From contig CAWEBB010000032.1 of assembly GCA_963807085.1 (NCBI GenBank), forward strand, positions 38,146 through 102,145: DNA of 64,000 nt. Direction: 5' to 3'. The notes under the pieces were generated by a model that had not been told where the DNA came from, did no database searches, and worked only from the letters and a program-made list of their open reading frames with translations. The position numbers and the translations under genes were made by a program. The DNA is from an uncultured Alphaproteobacteria bacterium. Lineage in GTDB: Bacteria > Pseudomonadota > Alphaproteobacteria > Bin95. Shown piece after piece: positions 25,740-35,235 of the stretch (the stretch's first letter is position 1; each line of letters starts with the position of its first letter).

Positions 25740-26924
25740 ATGCGTCAGTTCCGCATCCCCGCCACTTTCATGCGCGGCGGCACCAGCAAGGCGCTGGTGT
25801 TCCACGCTCGCGATCTGCCCGCCGACCGCTCGGCCTGGGCTGACCTGTTCCGCTCCGCCATCGGCGGCAACGATCCGAACGGGCGGCAGTTGGACGGCAT
25901 GGGCGGCGGCATTTCCTCGCTCAGCAAGGTCTGTGTGATCGCGCCCAGCCAGCGCAACGATGCCGATATCGACTATACGTTCTTCCAGGTATCCCCGACC
26001 GCCGAAGCTGTGGACGACAGCAGCAATTGCGGCAACATGTCGAGCGCCATGGCTCCCTTCGCCGTGGATGAAGGCATCGTGCGGGTCGAGGGCGACCAAG
26101 CCGTGGTCCGAATCTACAACACCAACACGGACAAGATTATCGTCAGCCGCTTTGCGCTCGACGATGGCCTGGCTGCGGTGGATGGTGACTTTGCTTTGCC
26201 GGGCGTGGCGGGTTCGGGCGCTGCGGTGAGGCTGGATTTCCTTTCGCCCGGCGGCGCGCGCACCGGCAAGCTGCTGCCGACGGGCAATGCGGTGGATCGG
26301 CTGACGCTCGCCGATGGCTCGACCGTCGAAGCCTCCATGGTCGACGCCGCCAATCCCTGCGTTTTCGTGCGCGCCACCGACCTCGGCATGAGCGGCGCGG
26401 AATCGCCGCTGGCGCTGGACAATGACGTGGCGCTGCTGGCCAGGCTTGAAGAGGTGCGACGTGCCGCGAGCGTCGCCATGGGCATTACCGCGAGCCTGGA
26501 CGAAGCCGCCAGGGTGCCAAGCGCGCCCAAGGTCGCCTATGTCGCTCCGCCGGCCGAGAGCCGGACGCTGGACGGCATGACGATGGCGGCGGACGAGGTC
26601 GACCTGCTCGCCCGGATGATCTCCATCGGCGCACCACACCGGGCCATTCCGCTGACCGGCGCGCTCTGCACCTCCGTCGCGGCCAAGATCGAGGGTACCA
26701 TCGTGCAGCAGGTGACGCGGGCGGGCGATGCCGTACGCGTCGGCCAGCCGTCGGGAACGACGGTCGTAGACGCAACCGTCAGCCGCCACGCCGTTGGCTC
26801 CTGGCATGCAGAGGCCGCCAGCGTTTTCCGCACCCAGCGCCGCCTGATGGACGGCTATGTCTATGTCTCCGCTGCCAAGAACCCCAAGCTGGCGGCGTCT
26901 CCAATGTCTCAAGCCGCGGAGTAA
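25740..26924 (+). CDS. PrpF family protein (2-methylaconitate cis-trans isomerase-like)
   Basis: IPATFMRGGTSKALVF...GMGGGISSLSKVCVI...NCGNMSSA... Confidence 0.75.
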   Translation: MRQFRIPATFMRGGTSKALVFHARDLPADRSAWADLFRSAIGGNDPNGRQLDGMGGGISSLSKVCVIAPSQRNDADIDYTFFQVSPTAEAVDDSSNCGNMSSAMAPFAVDEGIVRVEGDQAVVRIYNTNTDKIIVSRFALDDGLAAVDGDFALPGVAGSGAAVRLDFLSPGGARTGKLLPTGNAVDRLTLADGSTVEASMVDAANPCVFVRATDLGMSGAESPLALDNDVALLARLEEVRRAASVAMGITASLDEAARVPSAPKVAYVAPPAESRTLDGMTMAADEVDLLARMISIGAPHRAIPLTGALCTSVAAKIEGTIVQQVTRAGDAVRVGQPSGTTVVDATVSRHAVGSWHAEAASVFRTQRRLMDGYVYVSAAKNPKLAASPMSQAAE

Positions 26925-26930
26925 CTCCCC

Positions 26931-28319
26931 ATGCCCGACACCGTCTCCAGCCGGCAAGACACTCTGCCCGCTAACCTGACCATGGACCTTGCCGCCTGGA
27001 TTGCTGGCTTTGACCAAGGCGCGCTGCCGGCGAATATCGACAAAGCCGTCCGCATGGCGCTGCTTGATACCCTGGGCGTCGGCCTGCAGGGGCAGGGCGA
27101 GGACTGGACCGGCATCGCCCGCGACTGGGCCTATGGCGCGACTTCGCCCGACAGCGACGACGCCGCCACCGTCTGGGGCGAGGACGAAGCCCTGCTGCGC
27201 ACCAGCGACGCTGCCTTCGTGAACGGCATCGCCGCGCACGCCTTCGAACTGGATGATTTCTGTCAGAAGCTGCATCCGGGCGCGGTTGTGATCCCGGCGG
27301 CGTTGGCGGTGGCGGAGGCACGCAAGCGCAGCCTGGGTCAGCTCATCACCGCGGTGGCGCTCGGCTACGAAACCATGATCCGCACGTCCATGGCCCTGAA
27401 CCCGAACCAGGCGCGCCTGCGCGGCTGGCACCTGACCGGCGTTTGCGGACCGATGGGCGCGGCGGCGGCGGCAAGTTGGCTGCTGTGGCTGGACACCGAG
27501 CAGACGGCCTGGGCGCTGGGCCTGGCCGCGACCCAGGGCTCCGGCCTGTTCGCCTTCAACGCCGATGGCGCCATGAGCAAGCGCTTTCACCCCGGGCGGG
27601 CGGCGCAGTCCGGCGTGATGGCGGCGGAGTTGGCGGCCCGCGGCTTCTCCGGCCCGACCAAGGTGCTGGAGACTGCGGATGGCAGCTTCCTCGCCGCCTT
27701 CAGCGATCATGCCGACGGCCGCAAGCTGGTGGATGGCCTCGGCGAGCGCTGGGAGATGCTGACGACGAACTTCAAGCCCTATGCCTGTTGCGGCTCGGTG
27801 CATGCCTATAACGACTGCGCTATTGCCATCCGTGAGCAATTGGGACGCGCACCCGCCGATAACGAGCGCGTGGTCGTTGCCCTGCCCAAGGTGGTGGACG
27901 TGCAGTGCGGCTATCCCTATGCGCCCGGCACCGCACTGAACGCGCAGATGTCGGCCCGGTATTGCGTGGCCGCGGCGTTGGTTGATGGTGCCGTGCTGCC
28001 GGACCAGTTCACGGACGAGCGTATGGCCGCGCCGGAAGTGGTTTCGCTCGCCCAGCGAATAGAGATTATGGGCTCCGAGAAGTTCGATCAAATCTATCCG
28101 GAGAAATACCCGGGCCGGGTGGAGGTGCACACGGCGGACGGCGTCGTGGCCGAGGAACGCGACAACCCCTCCGGCGCCCACGACTCGCCGAGCTTCCAGT
28201 CGGGCTTGTTGGCCAAGTACGAGGCGCTGACGGGCCGGAAGGGCGCCGCGCTAAAGACGCTGGTGCTGGAGGGCGCGGCGGAGACGCCGGTCAGCAAACT
28301 GATCGCGGCGATGCGGTGA
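26931..28319 (+). CDS. MmgE/PrpD family protein (2-methylcitrate dehydratase-like)
   Basis: Family layout; 462 aa; immediately downstream of the prpF-like gene. Confidence 0.75.
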   Translation: MPDTVSSRQDTLPANLTMDLAAWIAGFDQGALPANIDKAVRMALLDTLGVGLQGQGEDWTGIARDWAYGATSPDSDDAATVWGEDEALLRTSDAAFVNGIAAHAFELDDFCQKLHPGAVVIPAALAVAEARKRSLGQLITAVALGYETMIRTSMALNPNQARLRGWHLTGVCGPMGAAAAASWLLWLDTEQTAWALGLAATQGSGLFAFNADGAMSKRFHPGRAAQSGVMAAELAARGFSGPTKVLETADGSFLAAFSDHADGRKLVDGLGERWEMLTTNFKPYACCGSVHAYNDCAIAIREQLGRAPADNERVVVALPKVVDVQCGYPYAPGTALNAQMSARYCVAAALVDGAVLPDQFTDERMAAPEVVSLAQRIEIMGSEKFDQIYPEKYPGRVEVHTADGVVAEERDNPSGAHDSPSFQSGLLAKYEALTGRKGAALKTLVLEGAAETPVSKLIAAMR

Positions 28320-28420
28320 GGCGTTCGCCCCGCGCCGTCATTGCGAAGCCGTTTGCCGGGGCGGAGTAGAAGCCATTCACACGCAGCGGCATGATTGTCA
28401 GGTAAGAGGCGTTTTTGGCG

Positions 28421-28870
28421 TCAGGTCTCGATCTGCTTTTCTTCCTCATTTTTCCGTTTGTCGAATTCGGCAGCAAGGTCGGTTGCTTCTTTTTCTGACA
28501 ACAACTTGCGTGCGCGCGCGAAGACTTCTTTTTCTTCCTCATCAACATGATGTTCGGTTTGGTGGCGAAGCTCTTTGAATTTTGTAAGCCAAGCGCCGGA
28601 CGCCATATCCATTTCTTCCAGTTCGGCAATCAGATCATTGATCTCGTCATGCTCGACGATACTGTGGCGTGCTTTTTCCTGGCTGTCCGGTTCGGCCAGA
28701 AGTACCGCGTAAAATACCTGCTCCTCCGCATTGGCATGGGCCTCGAGTTCTTTCTTGAGAAGGCCGAAGAGGCGCCGGCGCTCTTTCGTGTCGCCGCTCG
28801 TCTCACCGATGCCACCGAGCAGGCCGCGCTGCTTGTCGTGGTCTGTTGTCAGTCGTTCATAGATGTCCAT
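28421..28870 (-). CDS. Hemerythrin-like (HHE cation-binding) domain protein
   Basis: ...HANAEEQVFYAVL...HSIVEHDEINDLIAELEEMD...HQTEHHVDEEEKEVFARA... The gene is markedly lower in GC than its surroundings. The track ORF is over-extended 5'. Confidence 0.65.
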   Translation of the reverse strand: MDIYERLTTDHDKQRGLLGGIGETSGDTKERRRLFGLLKKELEAHANAEEQVFYAVLLAEPDSQEKARHSIVEHDEINDLIAELEEMDMASGAWLTKFKELRHQTEHHVDEEEKEVFARARKLLSEKEATDLAAEFDKRKNEEEKQIET

Positions 28871-28998
28871 CGAAATACCTTTCACAGAATGCAGAAACGC
28901 GCGTCTTTCGGCAGAACCGGCGCCCGCTCCAACCAATAAAGTCCGAGGGGTGGAAAGGTTCCGCGCACGGCCCAAGCCGCTGAAGTCCAGGCGGTGCC

Positions 28999-29946
28999 TC
29001 AATCCTCCGGCGGCGGTGTCGCGCCCGCCTGGGCCGTGATGATGGTGTAGGCCTCCGGCCGGCGGTGCGCCGCGAAATTGAAGATCGTCGTCTTGTTGAA
29101 GGTGCACTCGTCCAGATCGGCGTCCGCCACGATCAACTCGTCGTCCAGCGTGCGCGCCATCGAGACGATCTCGCCCGAGGGCGCGCAGATCACGCTGCCG
29201 CCCATCATGTCGAAGCCATCCTCTGCGCCCGCCTTGGCGACGCCGACCACCCAGCATCCGTTCTGATAGGCGCCCATCTGCATGGTCATGTGGTTGTGCA
29301 TCATGCGCAGATGTGGCGGCTCAATGGTGTTGCTCTCGCGGTTCTGCGTCGGTGTGTTGTAGCCCAGCATGATCACTTCCGCCCCCTGTAAGGCCATCAC
29401 GCGGTAGGTCTCTGGCCAGCGCCGGTCGTTGCAGAGGCACATGCCCATGATCCCATTCATGGTGCGCCAGACCGGGAAGCCCAGATCGCCGACCTCGAAA
29501 TAGCGCTTCTCCAGGTGCTGCCAGGGATAACTCGGCACGTGTTCGGCATGGCCGGGCAGGTGCACCTTGCGGTACTTGCCGACGGTTTTGCCGTCGCGGT
29601 CGACCAGAATGGCGGTGTTGTAGCGATGGGTCTCGCCGCCCTCCACGCACTTCTCTGCATACCCCAGATAGAAGCCGATCTTCAGTTCGGCGGCGAGATC
29701 GAACAGCGGCTTGGTCGCCGCATTCGGCATTTCGGTTTCGAAATACGAGTCGACCTCAACCTGATCCTCCAGGTACCAGCGCGGAAAGAATGTGGTGAGC
29801 GCCAGTTCCGGGAACACGACTAGGTGCGCGCCCTTCGCGTGCGCCCGGCGCATCAGGTCGCAAAGCCGCCTGACGACGCTTTCGCGGCTGTCGGCCTTGT
29901 GAATCGGGCCGAGTTGGCCGCCGGCAAGGGTGATGGGGCGAGGCAT
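28999..29946 (-). CDS. N-carbamoyl-D-amino-acid hydrolase (nitrilase superfamily)
   Basis: Near-collinear with Agrobacterium D-carbamoylase: VVFPELALTTFFPRW...GYAE...YRKIHLPGH...MCNDRRWPE... Confidence 0.85.
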   Translation of the reverse strand: MPRPITLAGGQLGPIHKADSRESVVRRLCDLMRRAHAKGAHLVVFPELALTTFFPRWYLEDQVEVDSYFETEMPNAATKPLFDLAAELKIGFYLGYAEKCVEGGETHRYNTAILVDRDGKTVGKYRKVHLPGHAEHVPSYPWQHLEKRYFEVGDLGFPVWRTMNGIMGMCLCNDRRWPETYRVMALQGAEVIMLGYNTPTQNRESNTIEPPHLRMMHNHMTMQMGAYQNGCWVVGVAKAGAEDGFDMMGGSVICAPSGEIVSMARTLDDELIVADADLDECTFNKTTIFNFAAHRRPEAYTIITAQAGATPPPED

Positions 29947-30028
29947 CGCAGAAAGTCTCCCGGATTGAGTTTTGGCCGAACCGCCGAAATACTGATGGTA
30001 ATCGCATCCTTTCGGGAGGCTTTCCGCG

Positions 30029-31312
30029 ATGCAAGACCCCTGTTCCGCAAGCGCCCGGGCTCTAGCCGCCGCGATAGAGGCCGGCGACTTAAGCTGTGAG
30101 TCCGTCGTTCTCGCTCATCTGGAGCGCATCGGCGCGCGGGAAGGCGAGGTACAGGCCTGGGCGCACCTCTCCCGCGAGCAGGCGCTGGCCGAGGCTCGCT
30201 TGCGCGATGCAGGACCGCGGCAAGGCGCGCTGCACGGCGTGCCTTTCGGTGCAAAGGACATCATCGACAGCCACGACCTGCCGACCGAGCACGGCTCTCC
30301 CATCCATTCCGGCCGGCGCCCGACGGCAGATGCGGCCTGCATCGCCTATGCCCGCGCCAATGGCGGGGTGCTGCTGGGCAAGACTGTGACGACCGAATTC
30401 GCCCACCTCCACCCAAACCAAACCCGCAATCCCCACGATTCGGCCCACACGCCCGGCGGCTCGTCCAGTGGTTCCGCCGCGGCTGTCGGCGCGGGCATGG
30501 TGCCGTGGGCCATCGGCACGCAGACGGCGGGCAGCGTCATCCGCCCGGCGGCCTATTGCGGGGTGGTCGGCTACAAGCCCTCTTATGGCGAGATCAACAC
30601 GGAAGGCGTGCGCGGCAATGTCCGCAGTTTTGATACGGTCGGCGTGATGGCGCGCGCCGTCGAGGACCTTCCCTTGATCCGGTCCGCCTGCACAACCGAG
30701 CCCCTGACGGAACTTGCGCCGCCTGACCTGAATACGCTTAAGGTCGGCCTCTGCCGCACGCCTTATTGGGAGCAGGCCTGCCCTGCGACACACGCGCACA
30801 TCGAAGATGCGGCTGGTGCGGTCGCGAAAGCGGGTGCGACAGTCGAGGACTTTCCGCTTCCGAAGGGGTTCGAGGCGTTCGAGCACGCCATGCGCATCGT
30901 TGCGGGTTACGAATTCGCGGGGGCGATGGCCTGGGAGCGGCTGAACCACCGCGACAAGCTCTCCGCCGCGCTGTTGAACGGCCGGGTGAACGATGGGCTC
31001 GGCGTGACGCTGGAGCAATACCGCCGCGCGCTTGCGGGTCTCGGCGTCTACCGGGCACAAACCGCGTTGGCGATGCGGGAATACGATCTGCTGCTCTGCC
31101 CGAGCGCGCCCGGCGAAGCCCCGGAAGGGCTGGCGTTGACCGGGCCGGCGACGTTCAATGGCCTCTGGACCTCGCTCTATCTGCCCTGCATTACGCTGCC
31201 ACTGTTCCAAAGCGAGAAGGGTCTGCCCATTGGCCTGCAACTGGTGGGCCACTACGGCCACGATCCCAGGCTGATCGCGGCGGCGGCGTCAGTGCAGATG
31301 GCGCTGTCTTGA
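30029..31312 (+). CDS. Amidase-signature (AS) family amidase
   Basis: GGSSSGSAAAV... motif and the Ser-cisSer-Lys region. Confidence 0.8.
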   Translation: MQDPCSASARALAAAIEAGDLSCESVVLAHLERIGAREGEVQAWAHLSREQALAEARLRDAGPRQGALHGVPFGAKDIIDSHDLPTEHGSPIHSGRRPTADAACIAYARANGGVLLGKTVTTEFAHLHPNQTRNPHDSAHTPGGSSSGSAAAVGAGMVPWAIGTQTAGSVIRPAAYCGVVGYKPSYGEINTEGVRGNVRSFDTVGVMARAVEDLPLIRSACTTEPLTELAPPDLNTLKVGLCRTPYWEQACPATHAHIEDAAGAVAKAGATVEDFPLPKGFEAFEHAMRIVAGYEFAGAMAWERLNHRDKLSAALLNGRVNDGLGVTLEQYRRALAGLGVYRAQTALAMREYDLLLCPSAPGEAPEGLALTGPATFNGLWTSLYLPCITLPLFQSEKGLPIGLQLVGHYGHDPRLIAAAASVQMALS

Positions 31313-31338
31313 AGCGATGACACCGAAAGGAAACACCC

Positions 31339-32235
31339 ATGCCCCACTTCCAACGCCAGCGCCGCTATGCCTATTCCAGCATCGATTCCCGCAAGACCTA
31401 TGAGTGGCCGAACGATACGCGCCTTGCCGTCTATATCGCCAACAATGTGGAGGTGTTTCGCTATGGCGTCGGGAAGGGCGCTGCCATCGCGCCGCCCGAC
31501 CAAGCGGTGAGCGACAGCGTCTATTCCTGGCGGGACTACGGCAACCGGGTCGGCTTCTGGAGGCTGATGGATGCGCTCGACCAGTATGAGTTGCCGGCCG
31601 AAGTCCAGCTCAACACCGCCATTTATGAGGAATGTCCGGACATTCCGCTGCGCCACCGGGCCCGCGGCGACGAGTTCCTAGGCCACGGCCATACCAATTC
31701 CGACGAGCAGGGCGGCATGGCCGAGAGCGAGGAGCATGCCTTTATCCGCTCGTGCAGCCACATCATCGAAAACCACGAAGGCAAACGCCCGATCGGCTGG
31801 ATGAGCCCCTGGCTTTCCAACTCGCACCTGACGCTCGATCTGTTGCAGGAGGAAGGTTATCTCTATCACATGGATTGGACCATGGACGATCAGCCGATCT
31901 GGATGGCGACCCGTGGCGGCAAGATCCTCTCCATGCCGTACCCGATCGAGTGTAACGACAACCGCGGCATTGTCTGGTTTCGCTACACGAGCGCAGAATT
32001 CGCGCAGATGCTGATCGACCAGTTCGACGAGATGCTGGAGCAGTCGGACAAACACCCGCTGGTCTGCCCGATCAGCCTGCATCCGTTCGTGGTCGGCAGG
32101 CCCTACCGCCTGCGCGCCCTGAAACGGGTATTCGCGCATATCGACAAGCACCGCGACCGGATCTGGCTGAGCCGGCCGGGCGAAATTGCTGAACATATCG
32201 CCAACCTGCCTGCCGGTATCGTGCCGGGCAGCTAG
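31339..32235 (+). CDS. Polysaccharide-deacetylase-fold amidohydrolase, PuuE-allantoinase-like
   Basis: Collinear with PuuE-type enzymes (…GHGHT…RPIGWMSPW…DD.PIW…ISLHPFVVGRPYRLRAL…). Confidence 0.7.
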   Translation: MPHFQRQRRYAYSSIDSRKTYEWPNDTRLAVYIANNVEVFRYGVGKGAAIAPPDQAVSDSVYSWRDYGNRVGFWRLMDALDQYELPAEVQLNTAIYEECPDIPLRHRARGDEFLGHGHTNSDEQGGMAESEEHAFIRSCSHIIENHEGKRPIGWMSPWLSNSHLTLDLLQEEGYLYHMDWTMDDQPIWMATRGGKILSMPYPIECNDNRGIVWFRYTSAEFAQMLIDQFDEMLEQSDKHPLVCPISLHPFVVGRPYRLRALKRVFAHIDKHRDRIWLSRPGEIAEHIANLPAGIVPGS

Positions 32236-32399
32236 CTCGACCCGCTGCCGCTAAGCCGCGGCCAAGCATCCCGGCTGCAGTGATCGATTTTTCCCGCGCT
32301 TTCTGATAGCCTTTCGGGCTTTGTTGACTGACATCCGGCCCGGAGGCCCGCACTATTTCTAGCCGCCTGTCCCCTAAAGAGCGGGAACGCTTTCATAAT

Positions 32400-32879
32400 T
32401 TGCTGAAGCTCGCCGCGAACAGCCCCTACCAGGGTGAACGCGACGCTGCGCTGGCCGCGGCTGAGCGGCTGGTGACCAGGCACGGGATGACCTTGGACGA
32501 AGCCGCTCAGCGGGCGGTCGAGGACAACAAGGCAGAAGCTGCGGCAAAAGAACGGGCACAGACACACGCAGAGCAGGACGCTGCCCGGCGTTTTCGGGAA
32601 GCGGAAGCGCGCCGCGCAGCCGACAAGTCCAACTGGGAGCAGGCATGGCGCGAAGCCCGGGCCCGCGGCCTGGATGACGGGCCTGAAGAAAAGCCGAAGG
32701 GCCCGCCGCCGAACTTCACCCGTCCGCGCAGCAACCGCCGCCGCAATCCCGTCACCTTTGCCAAGGTGCTGTTGCAGGAAACGGCATTGCCGCTGGACGA
32801 AATCGCGTCAATCACGGACCTGGACATTTACCAGGTTGCTGGGCTGAAGTTGAAACTGCGGGACGCCGAAGCGGCATAG
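32400..32879 (+). CDS. DUF2786-like hypothetical protein with a basic C-terminal region
   Basis: LLKLAANSPYQGERDAALAAAERLVTRHGMTLDEAA matches the DUF2786 N-terminal pattern. TTG start; the frame is open upstream to 32331 without a canonical start. Confidence 0.45.
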   Translation: MLKLAANSPYQGERDAALAAAERLVTRHGMTLDEAAQRAVEDNKAEAAAKERAQTHAEQDAARRFREAEARRAADKSNWEQAWREARARGLDDGPEEKPKGPPPNFTRPRSNRRRNPVTFAKVLLQETALPLDEIASITDLDIYQVAGLKLKLRDAEAA

Positions 32880-32903
32880 CCCGATTGATGGAGGAGCCTA
32901 ACC

Positions 32904-33398
32904 ATGGCGGATTGGAACGACCTGCGCTCTCTGGCGGAAACTGTCGGAGCAAAGTTGAAAGAGCGCGGCGATACCGTCGCGGTTTGTGAAACATCCGGCG
33001 GCGGCTTGATTTCCGCCGCGTTGTTGAGCGTGAGCGGTGCTTCTGCCTATTACCGGGGCGGCGTGGTGCCGTATTCCCGCTGGGGCCGCGATGGCCTGCT
33101 GGATATCCCGCTCGACGAACTGGAAGGCATTCGATCGTCCTCGGAGCCTTACGCGGCTATTCTGGCGAAGACCGTCAGGGAGCGCGTACAGACCGATTGG
33201 GGCCTATCGGAAACCGGCGCCGCCGGCCCGACCGGCAACCGCTACGGTGATGCGGCGGGTCATACCTGCATCGGGATTTCCGGCGCCGTCTCCATTACCC
33301 GCACGCTGGAAACCGCAAGCGGCGACCGCGAAGCCAACATGTTCGCATTCGGGATAGAGGCGCTGTTACTGCTGAACCAGGCGCTGGACGCGATCTGA
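32904..33398 (+). CDS. CinA C-terminal domain / nicotinamide-nucleotide amidohydrolase (PncC-like) protein
   Basis: ...VAVCETSGGGLISAALLSVSGASAYYRGGVVPYS... Confidence 0.8.
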   Translation: MADWNDLRSLAETVGAKLKERGDTVAVCETSGGGLISAALLSVSGASAYYRGGVVPYSRWGRDGLLDIPLDELEGIRSSSEPYAAILAKTVRERVQTDWGLSETGAAGPTGNRYGDAAGHTCIGISGAVSITRTLETASGDREANMFAFGIEALLLLNQALDAI

Positions 33399-33433
33399 CG
33401 CCGGGTCGTTGATCGGGGTGCCGTTCGGCTGTA

Positions 33434-33940
33434 TCAAATCTTAATGTGGACGGTCGCGAACATGTAGGCGAACGCCGCCAAGGCAAGCAAAATAACGATG
33501 TGCGGGATAAAGTCTTTCACCGTCGTCCGCCGCTCCGTGATCTGTGCCCGCTTCACCAATGTCTGACGCTCCTGCTGTTGCAGGTCACGGATTTCAGTTG
33601 CAATCCCCGGCAGATGCCGCTTGACCCAGTCCCCGAAGTCGGCATCGGCATATTCCCACGCGACGGAAGACGATCGGTCCTGAACGTCGACGCTCGCCCG
33701 GAACTGCTGCACTCCCGCTGTTGTGTCGTCGAGAGAAACCGGGCGCTTGGTGAGGCATAGCCGCCATTCACTCGTGCGCTTGCCGGGTTGCCATTGCACA
33801 AGGCATTCCTGGCCCTCCTGCAGCGGCAGCCGGCGGGGCGGCAGCGCGACACACTGATCGCTATCCAGTGACGCCAGGGCGCTGAGCGGGTCCGTCAGGT
33901 CGTTGTCAAAGTGCTCAGCGTCCAACTGCTCATTTGCCAT
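33434..33940 (-). CDS. Hypothetical protein with a C-terminal transmembrane helix
   Basis: ...FIPHIVILLALAAFAYMFATV hydrophobic tail. The start choice (ATG 33940) is uncertain. Confidence 0.35.
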   Translation of the reverse strand: MANEQLDAEHFDNDLTDPLSALASLDSDQCVALPPRRLPLQEGQECLVQWQPGKRTSEWRLCLTKRPVSLDDTTAGVQQFRASVDVQDRSSSVAWEYADADFGDWVKRHLPGIATEIRDLQQQERQTLVKRAQITERRTTVKDFIPHIVILLALAAFAYMFATVHIKI

Positions 33941-34073
33941 TATTTGTTCCGGTGGCTGCGCGACATTTGGGCAGATTCCGCGCGAAGGGCCGCATTGCCC
34001 GCTTGGAGAATATAGCGTTGCTGCTATACCGCCTACCAATCCGCGTGGCCAGAGGTTCGATACGCGCCCGTCC

Positions 34074-35033
34074 TTGTCTGTGTTGCTCATCACATCAAAC
34101 CGCCTTGGCGATGCTGTTCTCACCACCGGGGCGGTTCCCTATTTGGCTCAGCGTTACCCGCAAAGCCACATCGCCGTGGCGTGCGGTGCGCTTCCGGCGC
34201 CCCTGTTCGAGGCCATGCCGGAGGTATCCGAGGTGTGGCTGGTGGAAAAACAACCGCGCGGCGGCCACTGGTGGCGGCTTTGGCGCAGGGCGATCGGCCG
34301 GCGATGGCGGCATGTGGTGGACCTGCGCGGCTCGGCCTTTGCCTATACGGTATGGGCCGGGCGGCGCACGGTTCTCCATACCGATCGGACGCTTCGTCAT
34401 CGGGTCGCCCATCTGACGGAGGTGCTGGGCGCAAGCGAGCCCGTGGCACCGCGTATATGTTGGCGGCCGGAACACGCACGGGAGGCGGACCGCCTGCTCG
34501 TCACGCAATGCCCGGTACTCGCGATCGGGCCGACCGCGAACTGGCGCGGCAAGCAGTGGCCCGCGGCGAAGTTCGGTGAGCTGGCGGCGCGGCTTACCGG
34601 CCCCGACGGGCCGTTGCCAGGCGCCCGTGTCTTGGTGGCGGGTGCGCCCAATGAGGCGCCTATGGCGCAAACCGCTATAGCGGCTTTGCCGCCGGAACGC
34701 ACCATTGCCGCCTTCGGATGGCCGCTCCCGGTGCTGGCCGCGGCTTTTTCCAAAGCGTCGCTTTATGTAGGCAACGACTCTGGCCTGATGCATTTGGCAG
34801 CGGCGGTGGGCGTTCCGGCGCTCGGCTTGTTCGGTCCGTCGCGGGACGAGCACTACGCGCCCTGGGGAGCCGGCAACCGCGTCGTCCGCACGCCGACCTC
34901 CTATGGGGATTATCTGATCGCGGGGCGTCTGGACACGGCTGTTGCCGCGCGGCTGATGGACGATATTCCGGTCGAGGAAGTTTACTGCGCCGCCGTTGGT
35001 CTTTTGGAAGCTTCCGAGCGGAGGAAAGAATAG
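34074..35033 (+). CDS. Glycosyltransferase family 9 (LPS heptosyltransferase-like)
   Basis: VLLITSNRLGDAVLTTGA...GNDSGLMHLAAAVGVPALGLFGPS... Confidence 0.7.
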   Translation: MSVLLITSNRLGDAVLTTGAVPYLAQRYPQSHIAVACGALPAPLFEAMPEVSEVWLVEKQPRGGHWWRLWRRAIGRRWRHVVDLRGSAFAYTVWAGRRTVLHTDRTLRHRVAHLTEVLGASEPVAPRICWRPEHAREADRLLVTQCPVLAIGPTANWRGKQWPAAKFGELAARLTGPDGPLPGARVLVAGAPNEAPMAQTAIAALPPERTIAAFGWPLPVLAAAFSKASLYVGNDSGLMHLAAAVGVPALGLFGPSRDEHYAPWGAGNRVVRTPTSYGDYLIAGRLDTAVAARLMDDIPVEEVYCAAVGLLEASERRKE

Positions 35034-35063
35034 CGTGCTTTCGCCGTGTTGGCGCCCCACGTC

Positions 35064-35075
35064 ACATTGACGGTG
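35064..35075 (+). repeat. 12-mer acattgacggtg, copy 1 (upstream of secA; next to a second GTCAC-N-ATTGAC half-copy)
   Basis: An exact 12-mer is found again at 38260..38271. Confidence 0.5.
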
Positions 35076-35235
35076 CGGGCCGTCACGATTGACTTGACAG
35101 TGTGCCCTGCCTATTTCACGTGCAGCCCTAGCCGCGCTCTCTGGCGCGTTAAGGGACGATTTTCGGTGAAGTCCGAGCGGGACATGCTGGTTCGTTTCCA
35201 GCCGATAGCCATACCCTAAGTTTACGAGGACCGCC

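Noticed and set aside
28421-29257. 278-aa hemerythrin ORF
   Set aside because: The N-terminal 129 codons are Arg/Gly-rich antisense-like sequence overlapping the carbamoylase gene; the true start is taken as MDIYERL.
33903-35033. Track ORF start at 33903 for the GT9 gene
   Set aside because: The first roughly 57 codons overlap the divergent minus-strand gene and lack GT9 features; I moved the start to TTG/GTG around 34074-34083.
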